Part shown: positions 31,550-43,763 of the stretch, piece after piece | Position numbering within the stretch: the first letter of the stretch is position 1 | Layout of the letters: each line of letters starts with the position of its first letter | Source: an uncultured delta proteobacterium | Lineage (GTDB): Bacteria > Desulfobacterota > Binatia > UBA9968 | Direction of reading: 5' to 3' | DNA: 64,000 nucleotides | Assembly (NCBI GenBank): GCA_963816145.1 | Contig: CAWFJP010000014.1 | Span: forward strand, 352,001 to 416,000 | Program-made: the position numbers and the translations under genes | The notes under the pieces: generated by a model | The model's database searches: none | Told to the model about the DNA's origin: nothing | What the model saw: only the letters and a program-made list of their open reading frames with translations

Positions 31550-31864
31550 ATGGATGTGAAAAATCTATTCGCCAATCTTTCGAACTCCCAGGCTGGCGAA
31601 GAGTTCGTGACGCTGTTTGAAAACACCAGCGTAAAGATCGAGCGCATCGTATCTCATGCGCAGGCGAGCCCGGCAGGCTTTTGGTACGATCAGGAAGAAG
31701 ATGAATGGGTGTCGGTCTTGCGCGGCACCGCGACCCTCGAATTCGCCGGCGGTGAGCTATTGGAGCTAAAAGAAGGCGACTCCCTAATGATTCTGCGCCA
31801 TGTGCGGCATCGCGTCGCGCGGACTAGCGAAGAAACGATTTGGTTGGCCGTTCATATAAAATAA
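31550..31864 (+). CDS. Cupin domain protein
   Basis: IERIVSH, WYDQEEDEWV, HVRHRV..T...TIWLAVH. Confidence 0.88.
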   Translation: MDVKNLFANLSNSQAGEEFVTLFENTSVKIERIVSHAQASPAGFWYDQEEDEWVSVLRGTATLEFAGGELLELKEGDSLMILRHVRHRVARTSEETIWLAVHIK

Positions 31865-31969
31865 ATGGCGGTTCAAGGTTCAAGGGATCAAAAGTTCAAG
31901 GTCGGATATCCCAAGGTCTTCTCGGATTGCGAACCTTGAACCCTGGGACGTTGAACTTTTGAACCGCCG

Positions 31970-33223
31970 CTACTGCGGCTTGGGCCTGACCCACGGCTTT
32001 GCCAGCAGGCTGTACAAGATTCCCGACAGAAAAAACATCACGACTAGCCCCCAAAGCATCGGTTCGTAGGTGTGCCAGCGGTCCCAGATCGCGCCCGCGA
32101 CCACCGGGCCGGTGACGCTGCCCCAGACGTAAAATACGCTCATGTAGCCGCGAATCTTGGCGAAGTGTTTGCGGCCGAAGATATCGCCGACCATCGCCCA
32201 CGCGACCGGGTAGGTTGATTCGACGGTGGTAAACAACAGGACGAAGAGTAAGAGCGGTGCCATCGATGAGCCGAAGATCGGCAATAAGATCGACGCGCCG
32301 GCGACAAATAGGATCGCCGCGATCATTCGCGGCTTGTTCATCGAGTCGGCGAGCCAGCCCAACAGCACCGTCGAGGTGAAGCCGAGAAAAGCAAAGGCGC
32401 TCAATAGAAACGTCGCCTGCTGCGCGCTCATGCCTTTCCAGATCATCATCGGGATGAAATGGGTCGAGATCGCGTGGTACGAGGCGTTGCGTACGGCGGC
32501 GCCGAAGACCAGCGCCCAGAAGGCAAATGAGCGCATCGCTTGACGCGGTGTGATGGCGATTTCCACGCCGCCGTCCTGCGCGCTGGTGCGAACGTGAAAA
32601 GCCTCCTGAGTCTCGCCGTCCGGCAGCAACCCCATGCTCTCGGGTGAACGGCGAATAGTGAGACAGATCGGGATGCCGACCACTAAAAATATAATTCCTG
32701 CGAAGGCCGCGCCCCAGCGCCAACCCCAGCTGTTGACGATCATGCTCAGGATCGGCGCGATCAGCACGCCGCCGAGGCCGTAGGCCGCGCTGTTAATCGT
32801 CATGGCGCGGGCGCGCCAGCGGATGAACCAAGTATTGATCAGCGTCATCGGCGCGTGCATGAATCCGCCGGAGTGGGTGAGCGAGATCAGCACGGTGTAA
32901 ACCAGAACGAAGCTCCAGTAGCTGTCGACTTGCGAAAGCAGCAGATAGCCGATGCCCATGAGCGAAACTGACGCGATCATCACCGGACGCGGACCGTAGC
33001 GCTCGAGCAAGTGGCCGACGATCGGTCCCTCGATGGCGCCTTCGGCGCGCGACAATGAGAACGCGAACGACGTCGCCGTGCGGCTGAGGTTTAATTCTTG
33101 ACTGAGCGGCAGGAAGAAGACCGTGAAGCCGTAACTATGCAGTCCGGCGCCGAGCAAGCGCACAGCGGCGGAAGCGCCGACCATATGCCAGCCGTAAAAA
33201 AGGCCGAAAAACTTTTTGAACAT
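31970..33223 (-). CDS. MFS transporter
   Basis: About 12 TM; close paralog of 35925..37181. Confidence 0.9.
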   Translation of the reverse strand: MFKKFFGLFYGWHMVGASAAVRLLGAGLHSYGFTVFFLPLSQELNLSRTATSFAFSLSRAEGAIEGPIVGHLLERYGPRPVMIASVSLMGIGYLLLSQVDSYWSFVLVYTVLISLTHSGGFMHAPMTLINTWFIRWRARAMTINSAAYGLGGVLIAPILSMIVNSWGWRWGAAFAGIIFLVVGIPICLTIRRSPESMGLLPDGETQEAFHVRTSAQDGGVEIAITPRQAMRSFAFWALVFGAAVRNASYHAISTHFIPMMIWKGMSAQQATFLLSAFAFLGFTSTVLLGWLADSMNKPRMIAAILFVAGASILLPIFGSSMAPLLLFVLLFTTVESTYPVAWAMVGDIFGRKHFAKIRGYMSVFYVWGSVTGPVVAGAIWDRWHTYEPMLWGLVVMFFLSGILYSLLAKPWVRPKPQ

Positions 33224-33260
33224 CGATTTAGTTTATGAAGCACGGAAGCAAGAAGTGACA

Positions 33261-33346
33261 AATGGATAATGGATAATTGAAAATTGATAATGGGAGAATT
33301 CGGAATTCCGGAAATTATCCATTGTCCATTTTCAATTATCCATTGA
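33261..33346. repeat. Inverted array of 7-bp (ATGGATA/ATTGATA-like) repeats; related arrays at 57049-57158 and 62333-62360
   Basis: AATGGATAATGGATAATTG...CAATTATCCATT. Confidence 0.7.
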
Positions 33347-33348
33347 TT

Positions 33349-34428
33349 TTATTCCGCCTCGCCGTTTTCGGCGGCTTTGAGGCGGCGCTGGCGCACGGCG
33401 TCGGCAAAGGTATCGATCAAGGCGCGGCTGTCTTCCCAGCCGACGCAGGCGTCGGTGATGCTTTGGCCATAGACGAGCGCTTTGCCCGGAATGAGATCTT
33501 GGCGGCCGGCTTTGAGGTGGCTTTCGATCATGACGCCAAAGATGCGCGCATCCCCGGCGGCGATTTGCCCGGCGACATCGCGGCCGACGCCGACTTGCTT
33601 GGCTGGCTCCTTGCCGCTGTTGCCGTGGCTGCAGTCGATCATGATGCGCGCGGCGGTGCCGGCTTCGGCGAGACTCTTGGCCGCGGCATCGACGTTGGCG
33701 GCGTCGTAGTTGGGCTGCTTGCCGCCGCGCAGAATGATATGGCAGTCTTCGTTGCCGAGAGTCGAGACGATCGCCGAGTGGCCGTCCTTGGTGACCGAGA
33801 GAAAATGATGCGGCGCCTGGGCGGCGCGGATAGCGTCCATGGCGATGCGCACGTTGCCGTCGGTGCCGTTCTTGAATCCGACGGGGCACGAGAGGCCTGA
33901 GGCAAGTTCACGATGCACCTGGCTCTCGGTGGTTCGCGCGCCGATGGCGCCCCAGGAGACCAGGTCGGCGGTGTATTGCGGCGTGATCATGTCGAGAAAT
34001 TCGCAGCCGGCGGGCATGCCCGACTCGTTCAATTCGCGCAGCAATTGCCGGCCGATGCGCAGTCCTTCGTTGATTTGAAAACTGCCGTCGAGATTGGGAT
34101 CGTTGATCAAGCCTTTCCAGCCTACGGTGGTGCGCGGTTTTTCAAAATAGACGCGCATGACGATCAACAGATCGGCGAAGCAGCGTTGTTTGGCTTCCTT
34201 CAGGCGCGTGGCATACTCTTTCGCCGCTTTGACGTCGTGGATCGAGCAGGGGCCCATGATGACCAGCAGACGATCGTCGGCGCCGTGCAAAATCCGATGG
34301 ATATCGCGGCGCGCCTCGAACACGGTCTGCGCCGCCTTTTCGCCGATGGGAAAATCCTCGAGCAATCGGGCGGGCGGTAGCAGCTCTTTGATTTCTTTAA
34401 TTCTCAGGTCGTCGGTTTGGTAGGTCAT
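33349..34428 (-). CDS. aroG: DAHP synthase class I (AroG/AroF type)
   Basis: GPCSIHD, RVYFEKPRTTVGWKG, IGARTTESQVHR, DCSHGNS, GQSITDAC. Confidence 0.93.
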   Translation of the reverse strand: MTYQTDDLRIKEIKELLPPARLLEDFPIGEKAAQTVFEARRDIHRILHGADDRLLVIMGPCSIHDVKAAKEYATRLKEAKQRCFADLLIVMRVYFEKPRTTVGWKGLINDPNLDGSFQINEGLRIGRQLLRELNESGMPAGCEFLDMITPQYTADLVSWGAIGARTTESQVHRELASGLSCPVGFKNGTDGNVRIAMDAIRAAQAPHHFLSVTKDGHSAIVSTLGNEDCHIILRGGKQPNYDAANVDAAAKSLAEAGTAARIMIDCSHGNSGKEPAKQVGVGRDVAGQIAAGDARIFGVMIESHLKAGRQDLIPGKALVYGQSITDACVGWEDSRALIDTFADAVRQRRLKAAENGEAE

Positions 34429-34511
34429 GGCGGTTCTTTTCACGATTCGATCGAACGATTATAGACGATATTCGGGGAAAATCTATCCGACGATTCAGCG
34501 GCGGTGTTGGG

Positions 34512-35735
34512 CTACTTTTCGAGTGTTTCGCGCGCCACGACGGCCAGTAGGAACGCTGCTAGGATGAGCAAAGGGGCATAGGCGAGGAAGGGCACGCCGG
34601 GATTGAACTTGTCGGCGAGGAAGCCGCCGATCAACGGTGCGCTGACGCCGCCGATCTCAGCCAGGGTGCGGCGCGCTGCCTGGAGCCGGCCGCGCGCGTG
34701 GGCCGGCACGACATCGAAAGTCGATGTCGCCAAGGAGCCAAGGGACAGTCCGTTGGAGATGCCGAGAAACGACAACAGAATGGCTAACTGCAAAAACGAG
34801 TCGGCGAACGGAATCAGCAGAAACGCGATCGCCGGTATCCCCGTGCTCGGCACGGTGGCCCATTTGCGCCCGACTTTGTCGATGACAAACCCCGCCGGCA
34901 AAATCATCACGAACACCGATAGCCCGGAGATGGTAAATAGCAAGCCAATATCTTTGGGCGTCATGTGCAGCATCTCGCTGGCAAACACCGGCACGATGCT
35001 CTGGGTGGTCACCCGGTGCACGAAGCTTGTGAAAGTCGCGAGCACGATCACGAGATAAGTCGCGCGCAGCTCAGGACGAATCTCGTAGAATAGATTTCTG
35101 ATGCCGCGCAGGCGCTCGGCGATGGCGGCGAAGCTCCGGCCGGTCGCGGCCCGGCCCGGGGTGTTTGCAGGGGCCGGGTGATGGCGCGCTTCGATCTTCC
35201 AGCCGATGACCGTCGATAGTCCGGCGCAAGCGGCGTAGGCTAGGAACACGGCGCGAAAGCCGATGCGCTCGGTGAGCATTCCGCCGATCAGCGGGCCGAA
35301 GGCTAGCCCGAGATAATTGATGCCGTGAAAGCCGCTGAGCACGCGGCCGCGCTGATCGGCGCGCACCAGGTCGACGCCGGCGATCTCACGGGCGATTACC
35401 CAGATACTGTCGGCGATGCCGATGAAAAATACCGGAATTAAAATCAGCGAAAACCATGGCATGAGCGAAGCGATGATCGCGGAAACGCAAGCGATGAGCG
35501 GTCCGGCGATCATCGCCGTGCGCGCGCCAAAGCGATCGAGGACGAAGCCGCTAATCGGCATGCCGGCAAAGCGGCCGACGGAAAGCGCGGTGATCAGCTG
35601 CGCCGCGGTGCCGGGGGTGATGGCAAAATTTTTCGCCAACACCGGAATCGTCGGCACCACCATCGCCCACATGCCGGCCATCAACGTGCTGGTGTAAAGC
35701 GTGATCAGGCTGCGAGTCGTCGGTGTGAGTGGCAT
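34512..35735 (-). CDS. MFS transporter
   Basis: SGFVLDRFGAR, DKVGRK, about 12 TM. Confidence 0.88.
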   Translation of the reverse strand: MPLTPTTRSLITLYTSTLMAGMWAMVVPTIPVLAKNFAITPGTAAQLITALSVGRFAGMPISGFVLDRFGARTAMIAGPLIACVSAIIASLMPWFSLILIPVFFIGIADSIWVIAREIAGVDLVRADQRGRVLSGFHGINYLGLAFGPLIGGMLTERIGFRAVFLAYAACAGLSTVIGWKIEARHHPAPANTPGRAATGRSFAAIAERLRGIRNLFYEIRPELRATYLVIVLATFTSFVHRVTTQSIVPVFASEMLHMTPKDIGLLFTISGLSVFVMILPAGFVIDKVGRKWATVPSTGIPAIAFLLIPFADSFLQLAILLSFLGISNGLSLGSLATSTFDVVPAHARGRLQAARRTLAEIGGVSAPLIGGFLADKFNPGVPFLAYAPLLILAAFLLAVVARETLEK

Positions 35736-35798
35736 ACGGTGTCGGCGCGACGTTGTCTGCGTTAGGTCAAATTTTTCTACTAAGACGATCTTGATTTT

Positions 35799-35879
35799 TC
35801 ACCACGAAGGCACGAAGGACACGAAGGTTTCGGAAGAATAATATTCCGAAACTTCGTGCTCTTCGTGCCTTCGTGGTGA
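35799..35879. repeat. Inverted repeat element (CACCACGAAGGCACGAAG type); half copy at 16581-16610
   Basis: Long near-perfect hairpin. Confidence 0.75.
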
Positions 35880-35924
35880 GAGAATCCGATGACTGTACTA
35901 CCGCCGTGACAATATTTCCTATTC

Positions 35925-37181
35925 TCAGCGCAGACGGCCCGTGGCGCGGTTCCAGGAGTTGGTCAGGCTGGCGAAAAAAATCCCGGCGCCGGCGAAGACG
36001 CCGACCAGCGACCAGAGCAGCGGTTGGTAGGTTCCCCAGCGGTCAAACACCGCGCCCGCCAGGACTGGTCCGAGGACGCCGCCCCAAGTGTAAAATAGCC
36101 CCATGTAGCCGCGGATCTTGGCGAAGTGTTTGCGCCCGAACAAATCGCCGGCGATGGCCCAGCCGACGGTGTAGGTTGCTTCTACTGCGGCAAACAGCAT
36201 GGTGAAAAGCGCCATGAGCCAGAATGAGCTGGTGTAGATCGGCAACAGCATGGCGATGGCGGCGCTGAATAATATCATTGCGCATAAACGCGGCTTATGC
36301 GCGCGGTCGGCGTACCAACCAAAGATCAGAGTCGACGCCATGCCGAGAAAGGCAAAGCCACTTAGCAACCAAGCTGCTTCTTGCTGGCTCAGCCCTTTCC
36401 ATATCATCAGCGGAATGAAATGCACGGACACGGCATGATAGGAGGCGTTGCGCACGCCGCTGGCGAGCACCGCGCCCCAGAAGGCGAAGGAAGCCAATGC
36501 TTGAGCGAGTGTGACCTCAACTTCGACGCGCGGCGTTTGGCTGCCGCTCGCTGCCGCGTCCGGCGGCGCGTCGCCGTCGGGCAATAGTCCCATGCTTTCA
36601 GGCGAGCGGCGGATTGTCGAACAGATCGGTACGCCGATGACGAGAAACGCAACTCCTGCGACCACCGCGCCCCAACGCCAACCCCAGGCTTGGACGACCA
36701 GGCTCAAGAGCGGTGCGATCAGCACGCCGCCCAAGCCGAAGGCGGCGCTGTTCAGCGTAATCGCGCGGGCCCGTCGGCGGATGAACCAGGTGTTGATCAG
36801 CACCATCGGCGCATGCATGAAGCCGCCGGCGTGGACCAGTGAAATGATGCCGAGATAGACGATTAAAAAACTGGCGTAGCTGTTGACCTGGGAAAGGATC
36901 AAATAGCCCGCGCCCATGAGCAACGCCGCCGCCAGCATGATCGGCTTGGGACCGTAGCGGTCGAGCAGATGACCGACGATGGGGCCTTCGAACGCGCCTT
37001 CGGCGCGCGCCAGCGAGAACGCCAATGACGTCGCTGTCCGATTGATGTTCAAGTCTTGGCTTAACGGCAGAAAGAAAACCGTGAAGCCGAAACTATGCAA
37101 CCCGGCGCCGAGCACACGCAATGCCGATGCGGCGCCGACCATGCGCCAACCGTAGTAAAGCCCGGAGAGTTTAGCGAGCAA
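35925..37181 (-). CDS. MFS transporter
   Basis: Shares GLHS-GFTVFFLPLSQ, GGFMHAPM-LINTWF, FGRKHFAKIRGYM with 31970..33223. Confidence 0.9.
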   Translation of the reverse strand: MLAKLSGLYYGWRMVGAASALRVLGAGLHSFGFTVFFLPLSQDLNINRTATSLAFSLARAEGAFEGPIVGHLLDRYGPKPIMLAAALLMGAGYLILSQVNSYASFLIVYLGIISLVHAGGFMHAPMVLINTWFIRRRARAITLNSAAFGLGGVLIAPLLSLVVQAWGWRWGAVVAGVAFLVIGVPICSTIRRSPESMGLLPDGDAPPDAAASGSQTPRVEVEVTLAQALASFAFWGAVLASGVRNASYHAVSVHFIPLMIWKGLSQQEAAWLLSGFAFLGMASTLIFGWYADRAHKPRLCAMILFSAAIAMLLPIYTSSFWLMALFTMLFAAVEATYTVGWAIAGDLFGRKHFAKIRGYMGLFYTWGGVLGPVLAGAVFDRWGTYQPLLWSLVGVFAGAGIFFASLTNSWNRATGRLR

Positions 37182-37386
37182 GAATATTGTCCTGTACGGC
37201 GAATTGGCAATTCACGAATCATGTCTGACTTAGCACGAGGTCGTCTGAAAAGGGAAGAACCGCTCAAGACCCAACGTCGGATATCGACCTCCCTTAGTGC
37301 TATTGAACGTCGAACGGCCGACATTGAATAACCATCGGTTGTAAGTCGGATTCTGAATTCGTCGACTAGAAGTCGACTCTTCTATT

Positions 37387-37472
37387 CGTCATGCCGGCGG
37401 AGGCCGGCATCCATCTTCATTTGCACTATAGGGTCAGAAAAAAACTGGATTCCGGCATGCGCCGGAATGACG
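37387..37472. repeat. REP doublet copy 4
   Basis: CGTCATGCCGGCGGAGGCCGGCATCC...TGGATTCCGGCATGCGCCGGAATGACG. Confidence 0.8.
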
Positions 37473-37523
37473 ATTCTTTACTTTCTTGAAGACGAGGGGT
37501 TTCGGTTATCCGTGAATTGGCAA

Positions 37524-38916
<1,393 letters not shown>

Positions 38917-39069
38917 AGGGTCGAAGTATCGGATAACCGATTAAGATGTCAACGGGTTGCGCGCCAGAGTCTCCGGCGATCGATTGACGATTCTGTGCTA
39001 ACTGTCGATCGTCGATAGCGACCGCAGTGGCAAGCCAGGGGAACCGCGGCGGCGATAAATGATTTCGCC

Positions 39070-39107
39070 AAAAAAAAACGGGCAGCATCGACGCGATGCT
39101 GCCCGTT
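39070..39107 (-). terminator. Rho-independent terminator
   Basis: CGGGCAGCATCG-cgt-CGATGCTGCCCG followed by T9 on the minus strand. Confidence 0.8.
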
Positions 39108-39134
39108 GACCGTGACGGGATGGTAGCGGCGTGG

Positions 39135-39852
39135 TTACATCATGCGGCTTGATCGTCACGCGAAGCACTTTATCGGCTGCGGAGTAGGTCTTACCGTCCT
39201 GGACCTTGCTCACGATGCCGTTTTCCGCTGCACCCGTATTGGCGACCTTTTGCCGCGGGCCCTGGTCGGGGCCGATGCCGGGCTCTTGATCGACTTCGGT
39301 GCCGGCGTTCCAGAGTATGATCTGACCGCTGATGTCGCCGCTGATCGCCTTGCCGTCCGTGAACAACTCGATACCGGATTCCGCCGGGGCGTAGAACCAG
39401 TCATTGGACTGGCCCATCATCAGTGTCAGCGAAAGCTTGTCGCCGGGCACAGCCAACACGGTCGTTTCATATGCGGCGCCGGGGGTGATCGGTCCGGGAT
39501 TCTTCGCGCCCACCGGAGTATTGTAGACGGCGACTGATTTGATTCCCTTGGCGCCGTTCAGCGCCTGGGCGAGCTTACTCGGATCGCCGTCTTCGGACTG
39601 GGCTTCAAGACCTTGTCCGCGGTCTTTCTTGCCTGAAGTGAAAATCGGCGCGCTATCGTTATGGACCACCGCGGTTCCTGGTGAAAATGCTAGTGACCAT
39701 TTCACTCCGTTGGACGCCGTAAACGCATCCGGCTTGGTGGTGTTTTCGATGCGGATGGTGAACTTGGTCGGCTTGTCGCCGTTTGCCGATACAAGCCCGG
39801 TTAAGCCGTTGCTGCCGATGAGCATTGCCGCTGCGACGGTTAAGAATTTCAT
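39135..39852 (-). CDS. Spondin_N domain exported protein (true stop probably near 39135; track ORF reads through terminator)
   Basis: FSPG, GLEAQSEDGDP, MMGQSNDWFY, WNAGTEVDQEPG. Confidence 0.85.
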
Positions 39853-39925
39853 ATGACGTTGGACTCCTTATATTTTTGGTTTTGCTACTTGCGATGAAAA
39901 AAAGCTCGAACCGGTTCTTGCGGAA

Positions 39926-39954
39926 TTAGATGCGCCGCCGGCGCTGAAAGGTGC
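39926..39954 (-). promoter_or_regulatory. Putative ECF promoter GCACCT-N16-CATCTAA upstream of spondin gene
   Basis: Recurrent motif, intergenic. Confidence 0.65.
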
Positions 39955-40094
39955 GCTCGTGCGATCAACTAACGTCTGGGACGGTTCGGAGACTAGATTT
40001 TCACAATCAATGGTATTGGGTCGGCGTAGGGCTGGGGCGGTTTTGAGCTTTAAGATCCGTTGCCCGAGCCGTTGACACCGGAGGATTTGGGTTG

Positions 40095-41125
40095 TTAGAA
40101 GCCGGCACCTTTGGTTGTTAGCTTTAAGCGATAGACGTTAGTGTTCGAGGTGATGAACAGCGTTGAACCGTCTTCGCCCCAAGCGAGATTGCCGGTGGGA
40201 ACGCCGGTTTCGATGCTGCCGAGATGCTTGCCGACGGGCGAGATTACGTGAATACCGCCGGGGCCGGCGCCGAAGATGTTGCCTTCGCGGTCGACTTTCA
40301 TGCCGTCGGGCACGCCCGCTTAGTTTTCGTCCACGCTGTGGCGTTGAACAGCACTTGCCATTCTCGATGGCACCGTCCGGTTTGACATCGAAGACCAACC
40401 AGACGGCATTGGCCGGGTCGGCGTTGCTGACGTAGAGCTTTTTCTCATCCGGCGAGAAGGCGATGCCGTTGGGCGCTGTCATTTCTTTCGTCAGCAGCGT
40501 GAGCTTGCCGTCCTTGGCATAGTGATAAACCCCGTGGAACGGTGTCTCTTTGCGCGGGTCGTCGTAGGATTTCGGCAGCCCGAACGGCGGGTCGGTGAAA
40601 TAGAGATCGCCGTTGGATTTGAACACGACATCGTTGGGGCTGTTGATGCGCTTTCCTTCGTAACGGTCGACCAGGGTGATTTTCTTGCCGTTCTTTTCCA
40701 AGCGCGGCGACGCGCCGGTCGCCATGTTCCGCGGACACCAAGGCGACCTTCGGGGTCGAACGCTAAGCCATTGGATCCTGGTTCTGGTCCGTCGAAAGGC
40801 GCCTTTCCGGTGTAGCCGCTCGGAGCACAAACACACTGGTGCCTTTGCCCTCCTGCCACTTGATGATCGAGTTGGTCGGAATGTCGGAAAACAGCAGATA
40901 CTTTTCCTCTCGGTTCCATACGGGTCCTTCGACCCAACTACGGCCGCTGACGATGCGTTCGACCTTGACGTTACGCGGCACCAGTTTGTCGAACCGCGGG
41001 TCGAGCCGGACGATGTCGATTTGCTGAATCGGTTTGACGGGTTGCGGCTGGGCGAAGGCGCTGGAACCGATGGCCATGCCGGCAGCAAGCAATGTGAATG
41101 CGGCTAATCGTAATATGGGTTTCAT
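40095..41125 (-). CDS. SMP-30/gluconolactonase family protein (several frameshifts)
   Basis: WVEGPVW, LLFSDIP, GSNGL, NSPNDV, FTDPPFGL, PNGIAFSPDE, PDGMKVD. Confidence 0.85.
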
Positions 41126-41126
41126 A

Positions 41127-41306
41127 TCAGTCGGCAATTCTGGTCGCCATGGCGCCGCAGCCTGGACAGCAATGATTTTCTTCGATCAAGCCACCCAGAG
41201 CTGGGTCGGTGGTCTCGCTTTTGAGCTCAGCGAGGTAAATCAATTTGTCGGCGTGATGATTCATTTCCGCGCCGCACTTGGGGCAAATTATTTTTCGATT
41301 TGGCAT
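41127..41306 (-). CDS. 59-aa zinc-ribbon protein (below ORF-track cutoff)
   Basis: MPNRKIICPKCGAEMNHHADKL...GGLIEENHCCPGCGAMATRIAD*; GGAG RBS; fills the gap between operon genes. Confidence 0.75.
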   Translation of the reverse strand: MPNRKIICPKCGAEMNHHADKLIYLAELKSETTDPALGGLIEENHCCPGCGAMATRIAD

Positions 41307-41319
41307 TGGCGTCTTCTCC

Positions 41320-41895
41320 CTAGCCGTCGAGCGCGATGTGTTCTCGGCCGTGGCGCAGCGTCTTCGCCATCCAGACGAGCTCGTTCAAGAATTTATCGGC
41401 ACGTTTGATAAACGGCTTGATCGAGCAGGTTGCCGGAGTGCGTCGAAGACACTCGCGACGTTGCCGAAATTGACGTCCCAAAAAATGTTGACCAAGCCGA
41501 GTTCGCGAATCACCGGAAGAAAGTCTTGAATCGCCCGCACGCCGCCGAATGGGCCGGCGGAAACACCGACGATGCCGGCGGCCTTGTGGATGTATTCTTT
41601 CAGACAGCTGTCCAACACGTGTTTGAGCAAACCGGGAAAGCTGTGGTTGTACTCGGGGGTGACGATGACCAGGGCGTCGGCTAGCGCCATCCTGTTCGAG
41701 AAGGTGGAATCCTTGATGGCTTCTCGCCGCGTCGTCAATCGGCATGGGCAGGTCCGATAGATCGATTAGCGCGGTCGGTAATACACGGGCGTTTTTCGAT
41801 CTGTGCAACCATGAAGCGCGCGGCGTGAGCGCTCATCCGCCCCTTGCGGGTGTCCCGAGGATAACCGGTATGTTCAGAGGCCGGTTGGTTGTCAC
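41320..41895 (-). CDS. NADPH-dependent FMN reductase (frameshifted)
   Basis: ILGTPRKGRMS, VIVTPEYNHSFPGLLK, SAGPFGGVRA. Confidence 0.82.
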
Positions 41896-41934
41896 GTGCG
41901 CTCAACTATTCGCATTAATTCCGCTGTGGTAAGG

Positions 41935-43755
41935 TTATCGACCGATCGGTGCCAGGTCTGATCGCCGGACACATTCAATGGCATGCGATAGAGAGTGTCC
42001 TGCGCGGTGATGTAGAGCGTCTTGCCGTCGGCGCCGCCCCAGGCGATGTTGTGCGGATGTCTTCGGCGCCATGATCGTGCCGAGGTGTTTGCCTTCGGCC
42101 GAGATCATCCAGATACCGCCGGGGCCGCAGACGTAGAGGTTGCCGTGCTGATCGACTTTGATGCCGTCGATCGCGTCTTCGCCGGGCGCTTGGGTCATGT
42201 CGAAGAAGACTTTGCCGTTGGAGGCGTTGCCGTCGCGCGTCGATGTCATAGCGCATGACGATCTTTTTTCGTCGGATCCCAGTTGCCGACGTAGAGAAAT
42301 TTCTCGTCCGGTGAGAAGGCGATACCATTGGGACCTTTGAGATCGGTGCTGACCAGTTTCAGCTTGCCATCTTTCAGGCTGAAGACGCCGCTGTAGGGCA
42401 GTTGTTTTCGCGGATCGTCGTAGAACTTGGGCAGACCGAAGGGCGGATCGGTGATGAACAGAGCGCCGTCGGAGCGATAGACCAGATCGTTGGGACTATT
42501 CAGCCGCTTGCCTTCGAAGTTGTCGGCCAGCACGGTGATGCGCCCGTCATTTTCCATGCGCACGACGCGGCGATTGCCGTGCTGGTTGATCGTCAGCCGG
42601 CCGTGTTTGTCGAGGGTGAGGCCGTTGGAACCAGGCTGGCCGTATTCGGCGATGTCCTTGCCCGACGTAACCGCTCTGGGTCTTGAAGTACCGACAGTTG
42701 CCCTTCCGGGCTCGTATTTGTAAATCTTGTTGGCGTTGGGATCACTGAAGAGCAGAATAGCCGGGCTTTGACCCAGATCGGACCCTCGGTGAATTGAAAA
42801 CCTTCGGCGAGTTTAAAGATCTTCGGATTGAGCGGCACGATGGCATCGATGGCAGGATCGACACGCTCGACGTCGACGTTGACTTCCTGCGGCGCGACGG
42901 CAACCGGTCCGGCCGGGACTTTGTGGAATTCCAAGCGGCGTAGCGCATCCAGATATAGTTGGTCGGCGGCTGCGATAGCGGACCGTTGACGCCGAAGATG
43001 GCGAACTGGATGGTTTGCCCGGGCTTGACGCCGCGGCCGACGACTAGACGATTCGCCGCGTTCCAGCCTTTGATCACCGAGCCGCCACTCTGGCCCGTCG
43101 CACGCGGCAATTCGCCGTCGACCCAGATCTCGGCGTAGTCATCGAGCGAAGTCGCGAACACGACCGTCGAGCCGGTCGGATCGAAGTTGCCGATGCGCTC
43201 GGGGACGGTGATCTTGATTCGATACCAATTGAAGGAGAGCCTGCCGTTGGTACGCCGTTTGTCCAGGTTGGTCGGTTCGATTACTTCCCAATTGGAGTCG
43301 TCGAAATCGGCCCGTCCGGCATGCGGCGTGATGTCGTAGGTCTTGTTCGGCGTCGTCGACGGTTGTCCGTCTGCGCCGACGGCTTTGAAATCGACTTCGA
43401 TGATCTTCGTGTCGCTGTAGCGCCACTGGGCTTTGACCAGTTCGGTGCCGGCTTTGGTGCCGAGGTCGATGCGCGCTTCGGGGATGCGTTTACCGAGAGT
43501 CTCGTCGAGGGCGGCGGCGTGAATTGATTTCGGCAGCCAAAGTGAAATTGCCGCCACCAGGGTTGCCGCAGTGAGCCTTATGGTGGCGCTCCGAGCCTGC
43601 TCTCGCTGGAGGGGCGCGGATTGACGGGAGAGTGCTGGATGGATATTACCCCTCACCCTCGCCCTCTCCCGCAAGGGGAGAGGGAACCGGAACAGCGGAC
43701 AGGATAAACGCTGCGAGAGTGAATTATATGAGTGAAAAAGGTTCTTCGATGTCAT
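41935..43755 (-). CDS. Large SMP-30/gluconolactonase with N-terminal sugar-binding jelly-roll domain (several frameshifts)
   Basis: ADFDDSNWEVI, LSFNWYRI, DDYAEIWVDG, then FTEGPIW, NSPNDLV, PNGIAFSPDE, DGIKVD. Confidence 0.82.
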
Positions 43756-43763
43756 GATGAGCC

